Below are positions 6,838 to 13,484 of a stretch of DNA of 32,000 nucleotides, piece after piece (within the stretch, counting starts at the first letter, position 1; every line of letters begins with the position of its first letter). The position numbers and the translations under genes are program-made. The notes beneath the pieces are model-generated. The model was not told where the DNA came from, made no database searches, and saw only the letters and a list, made by a program, of their open reading frames with translations. The stretch comes from Halorhodospira halophila SL1. Its GTDB lineage: Bacteria > Pseudomonadota > Gammaproteobacteria > Nitrococcales > Halorhodospiraceae. The stretch covers positions 720,001-752,000 of the forward strand of contig NC_008789.1 of assembly GCF_000015585.1 (NCBI RefSeq). Direction: 5' to 3'.

Positions 6838-9210
6838 ATGGAAACGATCATCGACTACCCAACCATGGGCATCGCCCTGTGGATCGTCAGCCTCATCGCC
6901 GCTGCGGTGATGGTCATTGTCTGGCGAATCAATCGCCACGAGTCGGGCCCGGGGCTGTGGGCCGGAAGTAGCGTCGTTCTGGCGGCCTGCTGGACCCCAC
7001 TGTGGTTCACCGAGGGCCTGGGCAGTGCAGTGGTCTTCATCAACAACACCGGTGCATTCATCGCCGGCCTGCTCCTGCTCGAAGGGGTCCTGCGGTTCAA
7101 GGGGATCGGCGATCAGCACCGCAGACTGCCCTGGCACGGGCTGTACCTAGCGGTGGTGCTCAACCTCATCTTCTTCGCTCTCGATCACCATCAGCTGCGC
7201 TACCTGATCCTGGATGCCAACCTGTTTGGCGTGCTCGCACTCACCGCGTTCTTCCTGGTCTGGCGCAGCTCCGAGGGGCTTGAACGTTTCATCTACGGCG
7301 CCACAGCGGTGGTCTTCGTGATGATGGCAGCGGTCCTCGCCTACCGCTGGGGGCTAGCGGCAACGGGTGTTATCGGGGTCGACGATCGGGTGAACCCGGC
7401 GACCGGACCGATCATCCTCGCTAGCATCCCCTGGACGTTGGGTTGGACCTACGGCCTGGCCATGGCCGCCAATTTGCGAGCGCAGCAGGAATCGGAGCGG
7501 GCGCGGGCAGAAGCGGAGCGGGCCAACCGCGCCAAGAGCGAGTTCCTGGCCAACATGAACCACGAGATCCGCACGCCGATGAATGCGGTGCTCGGCCGAA
7601 CGCAGCTCCTGCTCGACACCGACCTGGACGCCCAACAGCTCGATCACCTGGGAAAGATCCACAATTCTTCCAAGATGCTGCTCGGCATCATCAACGACAT
7701 CCTCGACATCTCGAAGATCGAGTCGGGCAAGCTGGAGATCGAGCCCCACCGCTTCGACCTTCGCGAAGTGATCGACCAGGTTGACACATTATTCTCGGCC
7801 GCAGCCTCTGAGAAAGGGCTGGATGTGACCTACGACATTCAGCCGGACCTACCGCGGATGCTGATCGGTGATTCGCTGCGCCTGACTCAGGTCCTGAGCA
7901 ACCTGCTCAGCAACGCCATCAAGTTCACGCCCCGCGGCGGCACCGTCGAACTGAACCTCCATGAGGTGGGGGAGGCAGACGATGACGCCGCGCATGTCCG
8001 CTTCCAGGTCCGTGATAGCGGTATCGGCATGGATGCAGAGCAGCTCAAACGGATCTTCCAGCCCTTTGAGCAGGCCGACGCCTCGACGACCCGCCAGTAT
8101 GGGGGCACCGGTCTGGGGCTCGAGATCGGCCGCCGCCTGGTCACAAACATGGGAGGACGCCTGGAGGTCACATCACGGCCCGGACAGGGCAGTCGCTTCT
8201 TCTTCACCCTTCGGCTGCCCATCGATGATCCGGGGCACTACGTCGGCGCCTACCACCCGAGTCCGCACACCGGGTCCGAGGAGCCGCAGGGCCGTGGGCC
8301 GGGATCGATCGCGGCCCCGGTTTCGAACCGAGGGTCCTTGCCTGCCGAACCGAGCGAAGAGCGGGCCCATGACCAGACCCTTTTCAGGGTGATCGCGCCC
8401 GATCTATCCGGCGCGCGGATCCTCCTGGTGGAGGACAACCGGATCAATCAGGAGGTTGCCCTACAGCTGCTTGAGAAGACCGGGGCTCAGGTGCAGGCGG
8501 CGGAAAACGGGCACGCGGCCCTGGAAGCGGTCGATGCCCGGGAACCCGACCTCATCCTGATGGATCTGCAGATGCCGGTGATGGACGGCTTCGAAACCAC
8601 CCGACGGCTGCTCGAGACCGGCTATTCCGGACCGATCATCGCCCTGTCGGCGGCGGTCCTGGAAGAAGACCGCCACCGCGCCGAGGCCGCTGGGATGCGT
8701 GGCTTGATCAAAAAACCGATCCAGCAGGAGGTGCTCTACGGCGCCCTGGCAGCCGAGTTGAGGCCCTCCGCAGCGGTCCTGCGGCAGCCCGCCGAGCCCC
8801 GGGCGGCATCGACGCAAACGCAGCCCGGCGCCGCCACCGGTGCGAGCACCCTGCCCGCCGATCTGCCCGGCTTTGATCTTGCACGCGGGCTTCAGAAATT
8901 TGGCGGTGATGAACGCAACTACGCCGACATCCTGGCGCTTTTCAAGAGCGAGCTGCCCGACTACCACACATCTCTCATCCAGCCGCTGCGCAGCGGTACC
9001 GTCGCTGATGGGGAGGAACTGCGACGCACCGCCCACACTCTCAAAGGCGGCGCCGTAAGTGTATGCGCCGAGGAGATTGGTGCCCTGGCCGAGCAGATCG
9101 AAAGCACCCTGCGGCGGGGCGAAGGAGTCGATGAGGCGCTGATCGATGCGCTCGAGCAGGCCCTCCGGGACGCCGACCAAGCCCTCGAGGAAGTCGCTGC
9201 GGCTGCCTGA
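6838..9210 (+). CDS. Hybrid sensor histidine kinase: polytopic membrane sensor, HisKA, HATPase, REC, Hpt
   Basis: 790 aa. About seven hydrophobic helices in residues 1-215, then a coiled linker. H box [10 protein letters not shown] box [10 protein letters not shown] boxes DSGIGM and GGTGLGL. Receiver ILLVEDN...[13 protein letters not shown]...K. Hpt HTLKGGA. Confidence 0.9.
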   Translation: METIIDYPTMGIALWIVSLIAAAVMVIVWRINRHESGPGLWAGSSVVLAACWTPLWFTEGLGSAVVFINNTGAFIAGLLLLEGVLRFKGIGDQHRRLPWHGLYLAVVLNLIFFALDHHQLRYLILDANLFGVLALTAFFLVWRSSEGLERFIYGATAVVFVMMAAVLAYRWGLAATGVIGVDDRVNPATGPIILASIPWTLGWTYGLAMAANLRAQQESERARAEAERANRAKSEFLANMNHEIRTPMNAVLGRTQLLLDTDLDAQQLDHLGKIHNSSKMLLGIINDILDISKIESGKLEIEPHRFDLREVIDQVDTLFSAAASEKGLDVTYDIQPDLPRMLIGDSLRLTQVLSNLLSNAIKFTPRGGTVELNLHEVGEADDDAAHVRFQVRDSGIGMDAEQLKRIFQPFEQADASTTRQYGGTGLGLEIGRRLVTNMGGRLEVTSRPGQGSRFFFTLRLPIDDPGHYVGAYHPSPHTGSEEPQGRGPGSIAAPVSNRGSLPAEPSEERAHDQTLFRVIAPDLSGARILLVEDNRINQEVALQLLEKTGAQVQAAENGHAALEAVDAREPDLILMDLQMPVMDGFETTRRLLETGYSGPIIALSAAVLEEDRHRAEAAGMRGLIKKPIQQEVLYGALAAELRPSAAVLRQPAEPRAASTQTQPGAATGASTLPADLPGFDLARGLQKFGGDERNYADILALFKSELPDYHTSLIQPLRSGTVADGEELRRTAHTLKGGAVSVCAEEIGALAEQIESTLRRGEGVDEALIDALEQALRDADQALEEVAAAA

Positions 9211-9212
9211 CC

Positions 9213-9240
9213 ATCGAGGCGCCCCCGTAGAGGCCTCGAT
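9213..9240. terminator. Hairpin between convergent genes (kinase / DUF192)
   Basis: ATCGAGGC (9213-9220) ... GCCTCGAT (9233-9240), with no T run. Confidence 0.25.
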
Positions 9241-9258
9241 CCGAGCCCCGGCGCACCG

Positions 9259-9681
9259 TCACTCCGGCATCCGAATCGTCGCTCCGGGCACGATGCCGAG
9301 GGCCTCGGCCTCCTCGGGGGCGAGTTCCAGAGCAGCATCCACTGGCTCGGGCGGTCGATACCCGCCCTGCCCCGGAGTCATGCGCTCAACCGCCACCACC
9401 TCCTGCTCGGCAATCCAAGCGATCACCAGCGGTGCGGCCACATTGTTCATGTGGAAGACCGGCTCGAGCTCATCCGGCCATGTGAACAGGATCCGCTCCG
9501 ATCGGATCTGCTCCGGGGTCGCGGACTGGAACCCCTGAGCCCGGGTCTCGGGGGTTGCAGCGAGCCGAACGTCGACGGGTTCTCCATCGACGAGGATCGA
9601 TGCCTGCGGAAACCCCTCCACCCCCACAGCACAGGCCAGGGGCAACAAGGCGGCCAGGACCAGCATCTTTAGGTAGTGCAT
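9259..9681 (-). CDS. DUF192 (COG1430)-like secreted protein
   Basis: Track ORF 9259..9864. The likely start is the internal ATG at 9681 (MHYLKMLVLAALLPLACAVG, a signal-peptide-like N terminus). Body: AATPETRAQGF...ILFTW...FHMNNVAAPLVIAWI...ALELAPEEAEALGIVPGATI, which matches the DUF192 pattern from memory. Confidence 0.7.
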   Translation of the reverse strand: MHYLKMLVLAALLPLACAVGVEGFPQASILVDGEPVDVRLAATPETRAQGFQSATPEQIRSERILFTWPDELEPVFHMNNVAAPLVIAWIAEQEVVAVERMTPGQGGYRPPEPVDAALELAPEEAEALGIVPGATIRMPE

Positions 9682-9816
9682 CGGCCCACCCCAACAAGAC
9701 CAGTAGCGCGAGCTTGAGATCACAGGGTCTTTCCACCTCAACAACTCGAACGGACACGCAGCATACTCAGGCGGGATTAGCCCCACCGCCCGGCCATCCG
9801 GCATCATGACATGACC

Positions 9817-9854
9817 GGTGCCGGTGGTGGCGGCCATGAGCACGCACCGGCACC
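9817..9854. repeat. Perfect 10-bp inverted repeat with an 18-nt spacer
   Basis: GGTGCCGGTG (9817-9826) and CACCGGCACC (9845-9854), in the divergent intergenic region upstream of the oxidoreductase remnant. Confidence 0.5.
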
Positions 9855-9891
9855 AACCAAGCACTCACGGGTTCAGGAAGCGGATGGGACC

Positions 9892-10159
9892 ATGCGCTGC
9901 ATCCAGATGACCGCCGTTGGCGACGCGGACGTACTGCAACCCGCCGAGGTACCCACCCCGGAGCCGGGCCCCGGACAGGTGCGGGTACGCCTGGCCGCCG
10001 CCAGGATCAACCCGGTCGACGCCAAGGTGCGGGCCAACGGCCTCTTCAACCCCGACGCGCAACCGCCGGCAATCCTCGGCTGCGACGGCCGCCGGCGTGG
10101 ACGTGGTGCTCGACACGGTGGGCGGCCTGACCGGCAAGTTGGTGCTGACGCTGCCCTGA
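9892..10159 (+). pseudogene. Quinone oxidoreductase / zinc-type alcohol dehydrogenase (MDR) remnant with internal deletions
   Basis: Frame 1: MRCIQMTAVGDADVLQPAEVPTPEPGPGQVRVRLAAARINPVDAKVRANGLFNPDAQPPAILGCD, a normal MDR N terminus. After a 1-nt slip, frame 2 reads AAGVDVVLDTVGGLTGKLVLTLP*. This joins motifs normally at about residues 65, 220 and 320. About 89 codons remain versus about 325 expected. Confidence 0.65.
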
Positions 10160-10184
10160 CGCTCCGCAGGAGAGCCACCGTCCG

Positions 10185-11024
10185 ATGACACACGACCAGG
10201 CAGCGCAGCGCCCCCTGACTGTCCTCGGCGTGGACTGCGCCGTGCAGGCGAAACACGTCGGAATGGCCCTGGGGCGCTGGGACGGCGCACGGCTGTGCGT
10301 CGACCGGGTCACCCTGGGTAGCGGGTCGCGCAGTGCCGCGGAGATCGCACAGGAGTGGCTCGCCGATTGCGCGGACGCACCGCTGCTCGCTCTGGATGCA
10401 CCCCTCGGGTGGCCGCATGCCCTCGGTCAGCAGCTGACGCAGCACCGGGCCGGCGACGCGCTGAGCGCGGACGCCAGCGAACTCTTCAACCGGACGACGG
10501 ACCGCTTCGTCCACCAGCACATCGGCAAGAAACCCTTGGACGTCGGCGCCGATCGCATCGCGCGAACCGCCCACGCCGCTCTGACATTCGTCGACGCGCT
10601 CAGGCACCAGCGCGGCTGGTCTCTGCCGATGCGCTGGAGCCCGGGAGAGCTGCAGCGAAGCGACGCCGATGCGGGCGGCCTCGTCGAGGTCTACCCCGCC
10701 GCGACCCTGCAGGCCCACGCCATCCCCGCCAAGGGTTACAAGGGGCGTGACGCCGAGGGGGCCGCGGCGCGCGAGCGGGTGGCTACGGCGGTCGCCGAGG
10801 TCCTGGGCGGAGGCTTCGAGGTCCCGCAGCTCGCAACCCGCTCCGACGGCCTCGATGCCGTGCTCTGCCTGCTCGCGGCCCGGGACTTCCTGAACGGTGA
10901 GGCCATGCCTCCGCCCACCGTGGACGAACAGCTCAGGCAGGAGGGGTGGATCTGGGTGCGGGCCCCGTCCGGGCCCGGTCGCGCAGTCGCGGTCGAGGAG
11001 CGCGCAAAGGCCGACGGCGCGTGA
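10185..11024 (+). CDS. DUF429-like protein (predicted RNase H-fold nuclease family); family assignment tentative
   Basis: 279 aa, AGGAGAG RBS. VLGVDCA..., LALDAPLGWP, VEVYPAATL...GYKG, DGLDAVLCLLAARDF, EGWIWV resemble the DUF429 pattern as I remember it. Confidence 0.6.
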   Translation: MTHDQAAQRPLTVLGVDCAVQAKHVGMALGRWDGARLCVDRVTLGSGSRSAAEIAQEWLADCADAPLLALDAPLGWPHALGQQLTQHRAGDALSADASELFNRTTDRFVHQHIGKKPLDVGADRIARTAHAALTFVDALRHQRGWSLPMRWSPGELQRSDADAGGLVEVYPAATLQAHAIPAKGYKGRDAEGAAARERVATAVAEVLGGGFEVPQLATRSDGLDAVLCLLAARDFLNGEAMPPPTVDEQLRQEGWIWVRAPSGPGRAVAVEERAKADGA

Positions 11025-11040
11025 GCGGGCGCCTAGGCCT

Positions 11041-12390
11041 CTAGCCCATCAACGCCGTGATCGCCTCCTCCAGACGGCGCACCGGGTGGATCTCCATGCC
11101 CGCCACCCCGTGGCGCGGGGCGTTCTTGGCCGGGACCACGGCCCGCGTGAATCCGTGCTTCGCCGCCTCGGCCAGGCGCTCCTCGCCGCCGGGCACGGGA
11201 CGCACCTCGCCGGCCAAGCCGAGCTCCCCGAAGACCACCGAATCCCGCGGCAGCGGCCGGTTGCGCAGGCTCGAGAGCACCGCGGCCAGCGCCGGCAGAT
11301 CACCGGCCGTCTCCTGGACCCGCACACCGCCAACCACATTGAGGAAGACATCCTCGCCGGCCGTGCTGATTCCGCCGTGGCGCTGCAGCACCGCCAGCAG
11401 CAGCGCCAACCGACTGCCGTCCAGGCCCACCGCCACGCGGCGCGGCTGACTCCCGGCCGAGTCGGCCACCAGCGCCTGCACCTCCAGGAGCAGGGGCCGA
11501 CTCCCCTCTCGGGTCACCAACACCGCGCTGCCCGGCACGTCCTGATCGTGGCGTGACAGGAAGATCGAGGACGGGTTGCGCACCTGGCGCAGGCCGTCCT
11601 CGGCCATGGCAAAGACACCGAGCTCGTTGGCGGCACCGAAACGGTTCTTGACCGCCCGCACCACGCGGTAACGGCTGCCCTGATCGCTCTCGAAATAGAG
11701 CACCGTGTCCACCATGTGTTCGAGCACCCGTGGCCCGGCCAGGTGGCCCTCCTTGGTGACGTGTCCGACCAGGATCACGGCGGTCCCGGTGGTCTTGGCC
11801 AGGCGCACCAGCTGCGCCGCACTCTCCCGCACCTGGGAGACCGACCCCGGCGCCGAGCCGAGGGCCGAGGTGTGGAAGGTCTGCACCGAATCGAGCACCA
11901 GCGCCCGCGGCCGGATCCGCTCGGCAGCAGCGACGACCTCCTCGACCGCCGTCTCCGCCATCAGCTTCATGGCATCGTCCGCCACCCCCAGCCGGTGGCC
12001 CCGCAGCGCCACCTGCTGCAGCGACTCCTCGCCGGTGGCGTAGAGCGCCGCGTGATCCCGCGACAGCGTCGCCAGCGTCTGCAACAGCAGGGTGGACTTA
12101 CCGATCCCCGGCTCGCCCCCGATGAGCACCACAGACCCGGGGACAAGTCCGCCGCCGAGCACCCGATCCAGCTCCGCGACGCCGGTCGCCAGCCGCGGCT
12201 CCGGCGCCGTCGAGACCTCGGCGAGCGTGGTCACCTCGGCGCCCCGACCCGTGGTCGTGCTGGCCGCCGCAGCCGGCTGGGCGATCTCTTCCAGCGTGTT
12301 CCAGGCGCCGCACTCCGGGCACTGCCCAGCCCACTGCGGTTGCTCTGCGCCACAGGCCGAGCAGACAAACCGTCGCCGGGCCCGGGCCAT
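11041..12390 (-). CDS. radA: DNA repair protein RadA/Sms
   Basis: Real start is MARARRRFVCSACGAEQPQWAGQCPECGAWNT (C4 zinc finger) at ATG 12390-12388. Walker A GGEPGIGKSTLLLQ, KNRFG motif, Lon-like C-terminal domain. The track ORF extension to 12882 overlaps alr and is rejected. Confidence 0.95.
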   Translation of the reverse strand: MARARRRFVCSACGAEQPQWAGQCPECGAWNTLEEIAQPAAAASTTTGRGAEVTTLAEVSTAPEPRLATGVAELDRVLGGGLVPGSVVLIGGEPGIGKSTLLLQTLATLSRDHAALYATGEESLQQVALRGHRLGVADDAMKLMAETAVEEVVAAAERIRPRALVLDSVQTFHTSALGSAPGSVSQVRESAAQLVRLAKTTGTAVILVGHVTKEGHLAGPRVLEHMVDTVLYFESDQGSRYRVVRAVKNRFGAANELGVFAMAEDGLRQVRNPSSIFLSRHDQDVPGSAVLVTREGSRPLLLEVQALVADSAGSQPRRVAVGLDGSRLALLLAVLQRHGGISTAGEDVFLNVVGGVRVQETAGDLPALAAVLSSLRNRPLPRDSVVFGELGLAGEVRPVPGGEERLAEAAKHGFTRAVVPAKNAPRHGVAGMEIHPVRRLEEAITALMG

Positions 12391-13484
12391 CAGAGCGTCT
12401 CCCCGTCCACCGGCTCCCGCCGGACCCGCGGCGGCATCCGACAGAACAGCTCGTAGGCGATGGTCCCGCAGGCACCCGCCACCTCTTCGGCGCGCACTGC
12501 TCCTCCCCAGAGGATGGCCGGGTCCCCCTCCGCCACCGGATCGAGGCCACGCAGATCCACCGCCAACATATCCATGGAGATCCGCCCGACCAGCCGGGTC
12601 CGCTGGCCGGCCACCTCCACCGGCGTGCCGCTCGGCGCGTGGCGGGGGTACCCGTCTCCGTAGCCGATGGACACCACCCCAACCGGCATCGCCTCCGGAC
12701 ACGACCAGGTCGCCCCGTAGCCGACCGGATCCCCGGCGCGCAGATGGCGCACCGCCACCACTCGCCCCTGGAAGGCCATGGCCGGCTGGAGCGCCGGCTG
12801 CTCGTCGCGACCGTCCACGAAGGGCGAGGCCCCGTAGAGCATGATCCCTGGGCGCACCCAGTCGTAATGGCTCGCCGGCCAACCGAGCACACCGGCCGAG
12901 TTGGCCGCCGACCGCGGCCCCGGCAAACCGTCACAGGCCGCCTGGAAGGTCTCCAGCTGGCGCTCGGTGGCGGGATCGTCGCGATCATCAGCGCAGGCCA
13001 GGTGGGTCAGGAAGCCGATATCGGCCCGAACGCAGGAGGCCTCCGTGAGGCGACGCCAGGCATCCTGAACCTCCTCCGGCGGAAAGCCGAGCCGGTGCAT
13101 GCCGCTATCGACCTTCAGCCAGACCGTCACCGGCGAGGCCAGCTGCGCCTGTGCCAGCGCCTCCACCTGCCAGTGGGCATGAATGACCAGTTCCAGATCC
13201 GCGGCTGCCGCCCGGGCCAGGTCGTCGACCGCGAACGGTCCCTGGAGCAAGACGATCCGCTCCCGGAACCCGGCGGCCCGGAGGGCTTCGGCCTCATCGG
13301 CGTCGGTGACGGCGAAGGCCTCGGCGTGGCCGGTCAACGCCCCGGCCACGACGGCCAGGCCGTGGCCGTAGCCGTCGGACTTGATGACCGCCATGATCCG
13401 CTGCTGCGGGGCCGCCGCACGGGCGGTCCGGAGATTGGCACGCAGCGCGCTGAGGTTCACCGTGGCCCGCGCCGCCCGACTCAC
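12390..13484 (-). CDS. alr: Alanine racemase
   Basis: 364 aa. PLP-lysine motif MAVIKSDGYGHG. GTG start overlaps the dnaB stop (GTGA). Its TGA overlaps the radA ATG (ATGA). Confidence 0.95.
   Translation of the reverse strand: MSRAARATVNLSALRANLRTARAAAPQQRIMAVIKSDGYGHGLAVVAGALTGHAEAFAVTDADEAEALRAAGFRERIVLLQGPFAVDDLARAAAADLELVIHAHWQVEALAQAQLASPVTVWLKVDSGMHRLGFPPEEVQDAWRRLTEASCVRADIGFLTHLACADDRDDPATERQLETFQAACDGLPGPRSAANSAGVLGWPASHYDWVRPGIMLYGASPFVDGRDEQPALQPAMAFQGRVVAVRHLRAGDPVGYGATWSCPEAMPVGVVSIGYGDGYPRHAPSGTPVEVAGQRTRLVGRISMDMLAVDLRGLDPVAEGDPAILWGGAVRAEEVAGACGTIAYELFCRMPPRVRREPVDGETL

Noticed and set aside
12391-12882. 164-codon N-terminal extension of the radA ORF
   Set aside because: It overlaps alr in another frame and is Arg/Gly/Ala-rich. 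The canonical RadA zinc-finger N terminus starts at the ATG at 12390. Similar upstream extensions of rnr (22271-22414), purA (23997-24053), miaA (30169-30243), rplI and the DUF192 gene are discarded for the same reason.
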